From: Eledone cirrhosa
Lineage: Eukaryota
NCBI GenBank assembly: GCA_964016885.1
Contig: OZ024747.1
Span: 47,802,001-47,866,000 of the forward strand
Reading direction: 5' to 3'
Length of the DNA stretch: 64,000 nt
Position 1 is the stretch's first letter. Every line of letters begins with the position of its first letter. Position numbers and translations under genes: made by a program. Positions 9,813 through 24,070 of this stretch are shown piece after piece. Below the pieces are notes generated by a model. It was not told the origin of the DNA. It saw nothing but the letters and a program-made list of their open reading frames with translations, and ran no database searches.

Positions 9813-10029
9813 TATCATCATCATTTTACATCCGCTTTTCCATGCTTGCATGGGTGGAACGGGTCCTATTCAGCACAGCATCTCTCCACTTGTCATCGTC
9901 CTTTGTCAGCTCTGCTCATGTTTTTCATGGTCTACCTCTGCTGCGTCTCCCTTCTACTGTGATTTATTCGCACTTATTTACCCTGCGGTCATCCTTCATG
10001 CGCATCACATGTCCATATCATCGCACACC
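9813..10029 (-). mobile_element. 3' terminal fragment of an RTE-type LINE
   Basis: Minus strand reads YGHVMRMKDD...GRRSRGRP, with stops, directly into CCCATGCAAGCATGGAAAAGCGGATGTAAAATGATGATG. Confidence 0.8.
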
Positions 10030-10051
10030 ACATATTGCATTATGTCCTTAG

Positions 10052-11235
10052 ATACAGATATATATATAGTCTAACAAATACAGATATAAATATATTTATA
10101 TATAGTCTATCAAATCATGGAATAGCTTAGATAGGACTAAACATAAGATAGGGAAAGCCACTTCATGGTACGACAACCAGAGATACCAGAGTGTTATGTT
10201 CGTGGATGCTACCCCTGGGGGGAAATTAGCTAAGCAATGTAGAAAGGCCCTAAGAAAAACCCATCTAAAGATTAAAGTGGTAGAAAAGCCAGGAACTACC
10301 ATAAAATCCCTGATCAGCAAGACATACCCCTTTAAGAAAACCCACTGTACAAATAAGAAATGTGTTATATGTAAAATGAACCCCCAGATAAATTGTAAAA
10401 CTAGAAATGTAGTCTATAGTATAAGATGTACAGAGAGTACTTGCAGAAACATGACAACGACATACATAGGTGAGACAACTCGAAGCATAGGAGAAAGAAT
10501 AGACCAACACTGGGGGGAATTAAAAGGACAAACAAAAAAACAGTTCAGTACTATATGAACATGTCAGACAAGGACATAACAGTCATATAGACAACTTAGA
10601 AATTAAAATAATATCTAAACATAGAAATGACTCAACAGGTAGGCAAATCAGAGAAGCAAGTGAAATAGAGCTTAGAAGACCAAAGTTGAACAGAAAAAAA
10701 CCGAATTGAATAACAACAACATACCCAAACAAACAATACTGACTTAAGGGAAATATAAATAAATAAATAAATAAATATATACACAAGTACAATAACAACA
10801 AACACATATAAACACACACTAGTAAACAAAAATAGAATACAAAAACCAAAGCACATACACTTAAACGTGAACACACACACCAAACATTATACACACACAT
10901 AAATGCATGTGCAGAGACGGAGACAATAATAAATAAATAAATAAATAAAATTAAAATGGCGTAGACATTACAATACAATAGAATAGGAGGGAACATAATA
11001 ATAGTACCACTGATGATGTTGCAGATGTGCAACGAAAGAACTTTGATAGACTATATATATATATTTATATCTGTATTTTTAACCATTGGTCAATCAACGA
11101 TAAACGTTGGTTGCCAAATAAATCAACTATGGAGATATAAAAGATACAGAAGCGAAAACCAACCAAACAGTGAGTGTGTTCTGTTATTATTTCTGGCAAT
11201 ATTATTACAACAATATGACCCTCCCCAAGTATAAC
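10052..11235 (+). mobile_element. 5'-truncated Penelope-like retroelement (GIY-YIG endonuclease plus pseudo-LTR)
   Basis: ORF 10196..10558: FVDATPGG, CxxxxCxxC knuckle, NVVYSIRC...YIGETTRSIGERIDQH. Continues after a frameshift as SVLYEH...RQIREASEI...PKLNRK. A hammerhead-like motif lies downstream. The 3' boundary is approximate. Confidence 0.87.
11001..11054 (+). ncRNA. Minimal type I hammerhead ribozyme-like motif in the Penelope pseudo-LTR
   Basis: ATAGTACCA-CTGATGA-T-GTTGCA-GATG-TGCAAC-GAAA-GAAC-TT-TGATAGACTAT. Both core boxes are present, with a perfect 6-bp stem II and imperfect stems I and III. Confidence 0.68.
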
Positions 11236-11239
11236 AATA

Positions 11240-11430
11240 TCTATATATATATAAAACTGAGGATGTCTGTCTGTGTGTGTGTGTGAGTTTGAATCCCTAA
11301 AACTAGAGAAGCACTCAACCGACTGTTTTCAAACTTTACACATGTAATACTTGTGTTTCAGGGAGTGTTCTGAGCAAAAAGAATTTCAAATTTTCAATGC
11401 CCTAGGGACCGCATTAGGCGATTTAGCGAT
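11240..11430 (+). mobile_element. 5' fragment of a non-autonomous Helitron-like element
   Basis: TCTATATATATATAAAACTGAGGATGT..(GT)n..GAATCCCTAAAACT matches the 5' end of the complete copy at 32280-32945. Confidence 0.72.
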
Positions 11431-11770
11431 CTCTCTCTATAATTCTTAGTCTTTCTCTTTTTAGATAGATACATACATATAACGTCACGCCCTTATAATA
11501 TCTGTCTGTATGTATGACTGTCTGCATCCATAATACACACACACAATACATAGACACACACACAATATACATACACACACACATATATATACACATGAAA
11601 ATAAAATTAGAAGATTATTTCTCGCCCTAGCACAGATAATACATAGATGTAAGTATGCACACGTACATATATATATATATATACATATGTATGTATGGGT
11701 TATATCAAACATTAATAATAATGTTCGATTCATTTGTAAACAAACAGCCCAATTTGAAGCTGTATTAGTG

Positions 11771-11903
11771 TATATGTTAGTAGATACACAGATTTGGAGT
11801 AATATGTTAGTAGATACACAGATTTGAAGTAATATGTTAGTAAATATATAGATGTGGAGTAATATGTTAGGAAATATACAGATTTGAAGTAATATGTTAG
11901 CAA
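11771..11903. repeat. 30-bp minisatellite, about 4.5 copies, with a detached copy near 12061
   Basis: Unit ATATGTTAGTARATAYACAGATKTGRAGTA repeated in tandem. Confidence 0.9.
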
Positions 11904-12341
11904 ATAGGAATTAAAAATAGCGCACAGGACGAAAACAATTGAAAAGATAACGGAAAAACAGACAATCCCATTATTTTTTCCATTGTCTTTGACCTGTGTG
12001 TTCCATATTTTGAATTTATATTCTAAAGACTTAGCCATGCTGGCTTTTTTTAAAACAATCATATGTTAGTAAATATACAGATGTGGTTATACAATAATGG
12101 TGATGGTGACAATTCAGATATAAAGATAGTTTAGTATATAGACGTGAAAGTAAGTTGCCATACAAATGTAAAAATCTAAGTATACTGATGTGGAAATCTG
12201 TTGACATACAGATGTAGGAATTTACAAGACATCAAGTGTGAAAAAGCTGTTGACATGAAATCATAATAAATACATAACCATGGACATCTGAGTGAAATTA
12301 CTGAGTCAGATGAGAAAAATGGAATAAAACTGGGAGCTTAC

Positions 12342-12423
12342 GGTAATTGTCTTTTAGGGACCAACTTAACAGAATCAGTGCTAGGTTTCTTCTTAGGTAA
12401 AATTATAGTGGCTTCTTCAAGAC
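12342..12423 (-). CDS. PPP1R10: Internal coding exon of PNUTS-like gene
   Basis: Acceptor tccttttcag, donor gtaagc, 82 nt. Encodes (G)LEEATIILPKKKPSTDSVKLVPKRQLP and completes KFRST-GLEE across the junction with exon 19144-19410. Confidence 0.88.
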
Positions 12424-15400
12424 CTGAAAAGGATTCAAAAGACATAAATAGATATTAGCAATAATGGAAAACTTAAAAAATTAATTAAAGATAGTTAAGA
12501 TTTGTTATATAAATGATATACAAACACATTTATGAGATATCTGAAAAGGAAAAATGCAATTCGGCAGATAAAAGGGAAATGTGGGTAGAGAAGCAGAGTA
12601 TAACAAGATTAATTAAGAATTGTTTTAGTAAATGACACCCCAACAAAAAAAGAAAACACCATCTGAAAAATAACCGACTGAGACTATACAAAAGAGACCA
12701 AAACTATAATAGAATTACAGACCGACATTATAGTAGTATAAGAGACAATAGAAGAATAAACTAATGCTATAGAAAACTATAAAATACTATAAAATAGAAA
12801 ACAAAAATTGGAAGACCAGTATCATACATAGGAACTAACACGACTATAGAAGAATATATACTGCTGCTAGAAAATAATAGAAGACCAATAATAAAGAAGA
12901 AGCAATGTATAGCAGACCAATTGTATAAGATAATTGAAGAATAGTATACTGATCCTCTAGAAGACTTATACTAAAGTGAAATATGTAGATTTTAGTCACT
13001 TCAGGTAAACTAAGGCTTCAATATGGATATCTACATATATTCTATTCTGACTTATTTTTCTTATCAGTAAAACCAATTTCTTTTGTTTTATTCCAGTGGA
13101 CTATTATTATTATTATTATTATTATTATAAGCACTTCCTTCCAAGTTTTACACACCTTCCATTGAAAGGTCATTTAATAAAGTGAATATCGGATTCAATC
13201 TCTACTGCAATTAGATTAGTTGTAATATTTCTTTATCATCATCATCATCCTTTTATTAAGGTTTGCTGAAATATTTCCTTTGGCATTTCGATTTATTTTC
13301 CGTTCAGTCAGTCATTGGTTCAAGACCAATAACAATTTGTGTAGGAATCATTGTAAAAGATCTGAACAAAAGGTAATTATTATTATAGCAACAGCCTACA
13401 AACAGTTGCTTCTCAATAATATAGTTGAAGTAATCAAATATGTTGTTAATTAGCTTGTCATTATTAATAGCTCAAAACTGCTACAAACAATTGCATTTGA
13501 ATGTAAAAGACGTTTCTGAAGAAACCTCTATGAATATGTGTACATTCACCCATCTCCCTTTCATTGAAGTGGGGAGATAGCATTGGAGTTTGAAAGAAGA
13601 AAAACAACATTCACTGCATGACAGTTTAGAAAACATGATCTAAATCTGGTTTTAACTATGGTTTCTTTCTTTCAGAATTGTATGAAGTAAGATGCTCAAC
13701 TAAACAAACTTCATATGAAATCATTTTCATAATGTAGCAATTGAAACTATGATTAAGTCTCATTTTAAACATTTGAAGTGATAATAAATATTTGGTGACC
13801 AACGATAGATTTCAAGATCTTTGAAGAATTAGAATTCAATCTTGTTTTGAAATAGGTTTTCTTTGACCAATAGTTATGATAGAGTTCTTACATTGGACAA
13901 CATTGGTGATTTTTATCTCCCTTCATGATAGTTTCTCTATTTTTACACTGAGTCATTCATCTGGGTTACTCAGTGAACAAGGAACCAGGTCAAATCTAGA
14001 AGAACCTTATGGTTTCCATTGTGATAGGAAATAATATGTATACAAAAAGAAATTGTCTCAATCATAAATGGATTAAATTTTGTTCTCAAATTTAAAGAAA
14101 GTAAATATTTTCTTTTCAAGAGAAACTTATTAAATTAGTTTATGATGAAATTACTTGAGTAATTAATAAATTGGTAACACCAGTTTATTACATCATCTGC
14201 CCAGTGGTCAACTATTTGAAGAGTTCTCTTGAAGTCTTCATATTATAGATGTCTTTTTGTAGAAATTTCAAAAGATTTGCAGCATAATTACTTCACTTTT
14301 ATATGACTAAAGTGTTATTGTTAAAGACACAATAGCCAACTTGTTGACATGTGTGTATGTGTAACAAAAATGCTTCATTTTCAAATGACTCATATGCCAT
14401 TACATTTTCTATCATGCCTGATATTATTAACAAGCTCCTTTTTTCACAGCATTTCTAAAAAGAACATGAAATGGAAGCTACACATTGCTCTTTTATTCAT
14501 ATAGAGCAACAACTATTTTAACCACTCCAGTTCTGGACTTAACACTAAGCAATCCAACTTAGAAAGCATGATAGTAAAGTAGTAGCTCAGTGGTTAACTT
14601 TTATCTCTAGTTTACAGATACACACATGGATATATGTGAATGCATATACATATACACACACATATCTATCATTCTCCATATATATATATATATATATAAT
14701 GCGTGTGTGTGTGTGTGTATGTATATGTTGAATAATGGTCATTCAAAGCCTTCTTGCCAAAATATGCTTTTCTAGGTACTTGGTGCACTTAATTGCTGGC
14801 TCTTTATTTCATACCAGTAATTCATTAGAGAAAAGAGACCACATTGGTTTCTCTATCTTAAATTACCATGTGTAAGAAATAAACTAAAAACTTCAGTGAG
14901 AATGTCTTCAATATAGTGGCCAATACCTCAGACATTTCCCACACAAACACACGGACAATAAATAAGGAGTCAGAATGTGAGCAAAGTATCTTTTGTTTAT
15001 TATATTTCACTGGCCAAACACCATACATAGGATATATATATATATTGATGGGGCCTCTGGAAGGTTTCCCTTAAAAAATGAAAGGTTTTTTTTATGTCTT
15101 TTTTTTTTAGTTTTCACCATGTTGGCCAAGAATAAAGAGTAAATCTTGAGATATGACTGAAGAAGTTGGAACACTCTGTTAAGATTCCAAAAGCCAAGGA
15201 AAACATCATGAACCAACACAGAAAGGAATATAAGCAGTTCCAGTGAAACACCAAAGCCATAGGTTTCTTGATGCCTTTAATTAACCAAATGTTTGAAACA
15301 ACTGTTATTAGTTCCAGTCTGCAACAATAGTGTTTTCATAGAAATACACCAAATGAGCCAATCAAAACTTTCATTTCAAAAATTTTGTTGTACTATGTAG

Positions 15401-18400
15401 TAATGTTCTTGATTTCCAGCATTTTAAAAAAGGTTTATAATACTGCATATTGTATTCTTTTCTTTGACTAAAATTCTGCCAATTTTTCTTGATAATAGAA
15501 GGAGAATTGTGATGGGAAATATTCTTTGATTTTGGTAAGTTGCCAAGATCAGTTAAACAATATGGTATTGTTCCATCACACCATCACTGTTGACATCTAA
15601 GAAAGTACTTACCTCATTTACACATCAGAATTCTTCAAACTAATCTCACCAAATGCTTTGAATCACCTTTACTTATCTACCAATCAGATTGTAGTTCTAA
15701 CCAACATGATGGTTACAACTAGAACTACTAAAATCTCATCAATTTAACCATTTCTTCTTTGTTCCATTATCCCACACACCAATATCTTTTTTTTTTAAAT
15801 AGCAATGGCTTTTATTATTTTTTTCAGCAATGGCTTTTATTTTTTAACCTTAAATTACTCATTTGAACAGATTTCCTTCATCATAAATATAATTCTTTAA
15901 CCTTATAGCTTAGAAGGGAGTGACTTTTACGAAGGTTTCATCTGTTTATAAGTGTTTTTTTTTTTTATGCGATAAAGGAAAATGCTCGTGATGGAAAACT
16001 TGTCTGATAATGAAGTTTTTACCCAAGTGAGAGTTCACAGAAATACCACAAAAAATAAAATAAAGTTTCTCTAAACTTGATGTGATTTTACACTTACAAT
16101 GTGTAAAATAGTTGCAAAACACTTCATGTGACAAAGGAGAACTAACAACAATAATATTTTGCTTATAATTTCTATCTATTGCTATTTTCTTCTTTTTCAA
16201 GACCAAATTTACATAATGTCTAGCCTTCAGCTGATGTTTTCCCCCTTTCTACTTCAATAAAAATCAAATCCAGAGCCATCAGTAAAAAGTCAAAAATGTT
16301 TTACTACTGAACCTGACATTTATGAGGGAATTATCATCATCATCATCATCATCATTATTATCATCAAGATGTAATACAGCATTATACACTGTATTTAGAC
16401 AATGGTTGACTTTTGACCTTGTACTTATGTGTTAATAAACAACTTTCAGCTTTATTAAATCCTATTTTCAAGAAAAGAGCTAAACTACTTCCATTTCCAT
16501 TTTGGATATTACAGCTTACATAGAATTTGATGTGAAATGACAATCAACCTCAAGATATATGGACTTAACAGTCAAACTTGATTGAACAAAATGGAAAAAA
16601 TTAAAAGTGACCTTAACAATAGTTGTGAACAATAAAAGTATGGTTACATCTGTTGAGTAACCATACTCAACAGATGTAACCATACTTTTCAGATATACGA
16701 GCATCTTTGGTGTAAATTACCAGCATAAACTTTGCCTTTCATCCTTACGGAGTCGATAAAATAAAGTACCAGTTATGCACTGAGTAATTGCTGGCCTTGT
16801 GCCAAAAGTAGAAACAATTATTATTATTTGTACTACTACTAACTTTTTGATAGCATTGATTCTAATAATAAGATTTTCTAGAGAACAGCAACTTACACAA
16901 ATTTATTTCAATAAATGATATAAAACATATTTCAAAAATAAAAATAAAGAATAAAAATGTAAAATTTTCTAATTAAATTATGTCTAAGTTTTGTTAGAAA
17001 TAAACCTGTATATTTAAACCTAAGAACTGTATATTTTTCTTTCCTTTTGGGGTTGTTATTACAAGGTATTTAGCTAACTGCCATAGTATATGACAATTGG
17101 CTGAGAATTCTATTGTAATTTAGCAAGGGTATGTTGAAGGGACTATCATATAATAATCATATAATTTATAGCCAAATAATAAAATAGCTAGCTGTCAGAG
17201 TACAGGGTATTACAGTTTGCTTGAGAAATCTATTAGATTTACAAGAGGCTGTTGAGGAACCTATTCAAATAAAACAAGTTATTCTAAACAGAAGAAATTA
17301 CACAGAATTTTGGTATTAAGTCCAATCAAATCTGAAAACCATTTTAGAGGAGTTTACCATATTTAATTCGAAAAAGGCAAAAACACAAAAAGAGAAGATT
17401 TAGCATAAAACAAAACAAGGGTTTTATGGATAAAACAGGGATCAGCAATACAAATGACACAAACTCAACTCCAAATAATCATGACTCAGTATCTTCCCAA
17501 TATTGTGACAATTTCACACATGCTATACACACACACACACACACAATGTATATAACTGACAGGTTTCAGCCAGTATTGACCCAGGCCATGTCTAACTTAA
17601 TAGCACCACCTGGCATACATATATATATATATTATACACACACACACACATATGCATACATATATATATATATATATTATACACACACACACACATATAT
17701 ATATATTACTAACTCTGTCTCAGATTAGTAAAGGGTGAATTTAAAAGATGGATATTATAATTCTTTTCCTTTTTTTAAAATTTAATTGATAAGGAGGAAG
17801 AAAGAAAGGCAGGATAAACATCCAGTAATTTACGCTAATACACTATGTGTAAATATATATATACATGCATATATGTTTATATACTACATGTGCACACATG
17901 CACACTCAAATATTTGCACACAAACATACACAGGCATGCCTATAGGTCACACATTAGATCACATACATATACAATCACATATACATAAGCACACACAAAT
18001 ACAAACAAATTTCTATACATACATGCACACACACACACACACACGTTTCTCAAGACTATTTCAGTAAAACACAGGAAAATACAAATATCTCAAACCATTT
18101 TACCACAAAACAATCAAACATTGATATTTATCAATATATTTTGTAAATTAATGCCATCACTTTCTATTATTTTCTTTTCCTTTTATTTATCTTTTTTCAT
18201 ATATAAAACAATTTTGGCTACAATATTTTTTTTTTATGTAAAAGTCTTCAACAAAATAACACAACATTTCTTTTTAATCATCAACCAAACTCTGGTGTCC
18301 AAATCAAGAATTAAAATACTGTAGACCGATATATTCTTCAGAGATGGCCGGCTTCTCAGTGCTTCTCAACTATTGCCAAATCAGATGATTGTGTCCACCA

Positions 18401-19143
18401 GATTCATTAGTGTAAATAATAAATACAAAATGTGTGTATGTGCATGTGTGTGTGTGTACGTGTGTACACACACACATATAAAAATAGACGACTGTGTCAC
18501 CTGATTCTTTCCATAAAAGCTAAACTATGTCAATTACAAGTTCTCCTCACCAAAACACAATGTATGTATGCGCGCATACATATATGTGTGTGTGTGTATG
18601 CGTGTGTGCATACATATATATATATATACATACACCCACACATATATAAAGCTGTGTCACCTAATTCTCTCCATTAAGGTATGCTATATGTTCAAGTGTA
18701 ACAGGTTCTTTACACCAGACAAACAAAAGGTTAAACCTAGAAATGAAGACAACCAAACCAGCATCAAAGACAAGCTCAAACTTGGGCTGGAAAAATTTGC
18801 CTCTTCATTGGTACCCAATGTGGAAATAGATGTTGAGGAAAATATTATTTTATTGCAGCTAGCCTGTGGAAATAATTCTTAATCTCCATCTAACACAAAC
18901 ATATTCATCTGAGAAGAAAACTCTCGTAACTGTCTCTCTTCAGAAGAAACATTCATCTGAAGAATGACCATGTATGTCACTACTTCAGCCTGCTGAGCCT
19001 CTTTATGCTGTGTGAGCACTTCACTCTCAAAAGGAAACCTATAGCGAGAAGATTTCCTCGAAACGGAGATTTTCAATACCAGGGAATTAAATGGTTTAAA
19101 GTTGTCAGAGACACAAGCGAGTGTCACTAAAAAATTTACCCAC

Positions 19144-19410
19144 CTGTTGACCTAAATTTGGAGGGGTAGGATTTTACAGTGTTAGGTCGTTTTCTCTCCT
19201 CCTTTGGTGCCTTATCAGGCACCTTATTTATATATTTATTATCCATCACAGAATGTTCCGAGTCCATACTCTCAGCTTGGGGCGGCCCATCTTTGCTAGG
19301 AACCTCCCGTTTTCTATTACTATTAATTTCTGCATCTTTTTTCTCTTTGCACTCGACTTTCACTTTTGTCTCCTCTTTGTGTTTCTTCTTCTTCTTCTTG
19401 AGCGATTTAT
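19144..19410 (-). CDS. PPP1R10: Internal coding exon of PNUTS-like gene (Lys-rich, ends in KFRST motif)
   Basis: Acceptor gttctctttcag, donor gtgggt, 267 nt; lies within ORF 19136..19429. (D)KSLKKKKKKHKEE...RPNTVKSYPSKFRST; KFRSTGL is a motif I recognise from PNUTS. Confidence 0.9.
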
Positions 19411-21412
19411 CTGAAAGAGAACAACACAAGGTTTTATCATCTCAAATTTCACACCAACGATAAAATAGAAAGAGAAAAAAAAGCCATCAAACGGAAGTGG
19501 GAAAATAAACACCTGGAAGAACAATTTAAAAGAAACATAGCATAGAAGAAATAAAAAAATAAACGAATGTGAAGTCACCAGTCCAAGGTTACTTTCTTTA
19601 ATTCGATTCCCAGTAAAGGGTACCTAAATTCAAGATTTCTATTGTAAATTGCCTAAATCTGTGGGTCATGCTACTAAACAGCTTCATTTATCTCTGCTTA
19701 AATAGCCTTATAATACAAAGGCTCCTGTGCTCTAAATATATGGCTACACCATGTCCAACATTACAGCTAGAGTTGGTAAAATCTTAATGATGGCCATTCC
19801 AGGTTTACTTTAACTGTACATCCTAAAATTTGGGATATGTGATACTTTCACTTTAAAGATAGTAGGGAGTATGCTGTGGGAGATTTTAGGGTTAGATTGA
19901 GTGAACAACCATGATTTGACAAATTGGAAACTAATCTGAAGTTCAAATGAGATGGTTTGCAGTATTTGTTAAAGTTCTTTACATTTTGAGTTTCAATTCT
20001 GTATTCAATTGCAAGCATTCAGACCAGGTCTCTGGTTTGAGGATACCTTTGTCTCTCCTTTGCACCAATCATGGAGGGCTTGAAAAGGGTCATTGGCACT
20101 GCTCATCCATCTCCGGCTAAACAGTGAAACCTCTAAATTAAATTATATTACTCAATTTAGTGTAAGCAACAGATTTCTCGATTGAAAGCATAGTCGTTAG
20201 AGCAGAGGACTAAATGTTTTACAGTATTTTAACCAACTTTACGCAATCTAATTTTAAACCCTGTTTGAGGTCAATTTTGCCTTATGTCTTGTGGTATTTT
20301 ATCATGGTTCTTTGCATTCTGTGTTCAAATTCTGCTGTGGACTGCTTAATGCATCACCACCTGGTCCTTGGCTGTCTTTAGTATAAAGTCCACTCCGTTG
20401 CATGCATTTGGGCTAAGTTTCCAGTTTGAGGATACCTTCCACCCTCTTTCCCACAAATCTTGGAGTCCTCAAAAGGGATTAATTATGAGCACTCCCTCCC
20501 TTCCATAACTAAACAGCAAAAAAAATTAAATACACTCACACACATACCATTTAAAAAAAAAACCTCATGTTTGCAACAGATTTATCAAATACTTTAGACT
20601 GAACATGTAATGTAGACCATGGTTTATTTGAAAATAGAAAACCTAACACACTCCATGTGGAATGAATTAAAGAAAACAGTGGCATGGTATTCTAGAAATA
20701 TCTTTATGATGTTAGAACATGTTCACAATTTTGACTATAAACCAAAATGTCCAAGAATGGAGAAAATTTCAATGCCAAAATGTCTGAAAGGAAATAGAAA
20801 CAAATGGCAGCAAAGAATTTAGGGTTTTATGTACATGTCTGCAGAGTATTCATACAATGTCATTATCATCATTATTATTTAACATCTGTTTTTCCTGCTA
20901 GCAAAAGTTAGCAGAGTTGTCAATACTACTGGACTTCCATTTCAATTACATATGTTCATGCACTCTTCCTAATGCTCAGGCAGGCAAGTAGCTTATAACT
21001 CATATGATACCATGCTCTACCATGTGCAATTTTATTGTGACACTAGCACTCAGGAAGCTGCCATGTGTCTGACAGCTAAAGAATCCATCCAACCATTTGT
21101 TTGGTGAGTTTTCTACAACTGGATGTCTTTCCTACCACCAACCCCTTTAGAAAGTGTACTGAGTGCAATTATCGTGTAAATCTCTTATACTAGGGAGGTT
21201 GTCAGTATACGGATTACAATTGTTACCAGCATATAGAGTACATCATATATACATGTAGATAAAACATTTTTTTTTTTTACTAAAATTTGGACACAAAAAT
21301 CCTTCTGCGACTTATCTACCAAATGTTGCTCCTGATTTGAAATATTATAAATACAAAGAGAGTGTGATTTATATACCAAACGTTGCTCTAGGCTTGAAAT
21401 ATTAAATAATTG

Positions 21413-21585
21413 TTTCTACTTTAGGCACAAGGCCAGCAATTACCCAGTACATTACTGGTACTTTATTTTATCGACCCCCGTAAGGATGAAAGGCAAAGTT
21501 AACCTCGGCGGGATTTGAACTCAGACTGTAAAGGGACGTAACTATGCTAGAAAGCATGGCATCCAACCCTCTACCGATACTGCCA
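21413..21585 (-). mobile_element. SINE family A copy
   Basis: ggcacaaggccagcaa...ggtactttattttatcgacccc...aaggatgaaaggcaaagttaacctcggcgggatttgaactc, the same motifs as 258-461. Confidence 0.8.
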
Positions 21586-22271
21586 TAATGATGTCTAAAT
21601 ATTATAAGCATAAAAGGGGTGTAATTTATCTATCTTTGCAACTTATGAGTAAATATGGTAATTACTATAGCTCTAATGTAAACATCAGCATCATTCATAC
21701 CTTTTTTCTTGCTATCATGAGTTGCATTGGTTTACACAGTATTGTTTTATGCCATGATGCTACATTCTCTGAGGCCTGTTTTTATACTGTTTCAACTATC
21801 ATATACATTTATCTGAAAGTCATACTTTTCCCAAGAAAATATTTGATAAACCAGCATCCAACTCATCTACTGGATCTATAAAACCTCAATTCAAAATATG
21901 TTAATATTGTATGTAAAATGGAGTCAGTTATACATGAGTTTATCCAGAAGCTAAACCATCTCAAGTTTTCTTTATCTAATGTCTACTTTCTACTGTACTC
22001 TTTCACTCAGATGCACGAACCATGTCCATACCTGTACAGGTAGACAAATCCACCTTTGTCTTCACCTATCAGCTAATTAACTGGTTTCACAACACTTAGA
22101 AAGATCTTAATTAGTGAAACTAATTACAAACATACATAAAAATATCTGTGATCAGAACAGTAAAAGATCTCTACATAAGAAAAAAATCCCTAAATGATCA
22201 ACATTCATTGAGGTTCAGACACAAGAAATGTATATTGAGTTCTTCTCAAGAACAAGTCTTTGGCTTTATAT

Positions 22272-22602
22272 ATCATCATCATCATCATTTTACGTCCGCT
22301 TTTTCCTGCTTGCAAGGGTGGGACGGGAACTGATTCTACAGCTGGATGCCCTTCCTAACACCAACCTCGTTTACAGTGAGTGCTGGGTGCTTTTTTTGCC
22401 ATGGCACCTCCACGACCACTTTGCAGTGGAATGATAGGGACCCCAGTCCTATCATCTCATTTCTACAGCTGAGTAAACTAGAGCAATGTGAAATAAAGTG
22501 TCTTGCTCAAGGAAACAACACATCACCCGGTCTGTCTAAGAATTGAACTCACAACCTTTCGATTGCAAAGCCAATGCTCTAATCACTAATCCATATACCT
22601 CC
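22272..22602 (-). mobile_element. Full-length SINE family B
   Basis: Reverse-complement match to 4162-4492 along its length, including the (GAT)n tail. Confidence 0.88.
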
Positions 22603-23974
22603 ATCATACAGCAATAAAATGAAATACTTCCAATCATCACCCACTGATACAAAAGAAGTTATGAGTAGTTTGCTCCATATTTGGCAATCAACAATCAATT
22701 AATAATTATAAATACAAATGTTTTAACATTTCACACTCATCAATGGAGTCTTTTCTCGGGAAATATTTTATGGCTAGATCCTATTCCTGGTGCCAAACCT
22801 TTTAATAATTATAAATGGAATGGATTATTTAAAATATCAGCTATCATGTACTACAAGGATTTGTGTTGGGACCAACTCTGTTTAGTTTTAGGTCACAGGG
22901 TGCAGTTAATATTTACTTACCTGAGGTATTTTGTTCAAAGTATCCAATCACCAACATAGATATTTTTTTTAAACAATGACAAATTACAAATCCAGAACAT
23001 AGTTATAGTAGGACTAACATATCAATGATAATATCATATATACATCATTAATGTTGTATGTAAAATGGAAATCTGACTTATCTACTGAACCTGCAAAACC
23101 TCGGTCATAGCATATGGTTAAATTGTAAATGCTCTACGTAAAATGACAGTAGGTGTTATCTACATACATGAGTATTTATGGTTATAAGTGACCACTGTAC
23201 ACAATAATTTTCATTATATTATGTCAACAGTCTAAAAAGACACTCAGCAACAGTTAATTTACGCAATAGATATTAACTTTTAAGTTACCATATTTCTATT
23301 TAAAAAAAAAACAAAAAAAAATAAAAAAACAGTGCTTGGAATTTTCAAATAATTTTGAAAACAATAAAAAAAATATTCAGAGAGCTATATTAATATAATT
23401 AACCTTCTCATTAAGAAGTTGATGTTTGGAACTAATGTTTTTACATTAAATTATAATAGGTTTTTAGATAAATATAAACATTTCATTAATATAAACATTT
23501 CATTTGATGATTTCAAAACAAACTTTGGTTCTATGATAGAACCAAGGGCAGTTTCAGGCAATTTGGTATCATTATGATTAAAAATGATAATTGATGAAAT
23601 TCTCTCAGTGCTTGTGCCAATAGTATTGACTTGTCCTGTATTGACTCTCCTGTATTGCATGATAACACTTATAACAATTTCTTGAAGAGTACAAAATAGT
23701 AATAAAATCTCTAATGTAAGAATGATAATTATTACATAATAAATAACCTTTTAGCATAACATCACATTAAATATTAAAGTGTTTAATCTAACACTACAAA
23801 TTTTCACTATGATCTATCCACAAGAGTACTATAAACATTTGAATTAACAAACCCATTTTAGATATTTTTTGCAAGAAGAGAACAGCCACCAGTAAATTAT
23901 GTCTATAATTAAAATTCTATATACTCAGACATCAGATGTGAAAACATACCACTAGACAGATTTCTACTGAAAAG

Positions 23975-24070
23975 AAAGGATTTCTCCAAAACCATAACCT
24001 AACTCAAAAGATTTCTCCAACACCATAACTTAACTGAAATGATTTCTCCAATACCATAACCTAACTGAAA
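23975..24070. repeat. ~30-bp minisatellite, about 3 copies
   Basis: GATTTCTCCAAHACCATAACYTAACTSAAA repeated. Confidence 0.85.

Noticed and set aside
8696-9851. IYIYIY / CVCV / MMMM ORFs here and elsewhere
   Set aside because: Translations of (TA)n, (CA)n and (GAT)n microsatellites.
13770-16210. Possible old transposase remnants
   Set aside because: I could not read any diagnostic motif or terminus. A translated search would be needed.
18690-19127. ORFs 18879..19127 (-) and 18568..18882 (+) next to an exon
   Set aside because: No recognisable motifs and no usable splice pair. The flanking exons already join in frame through KFRST-GLEE.
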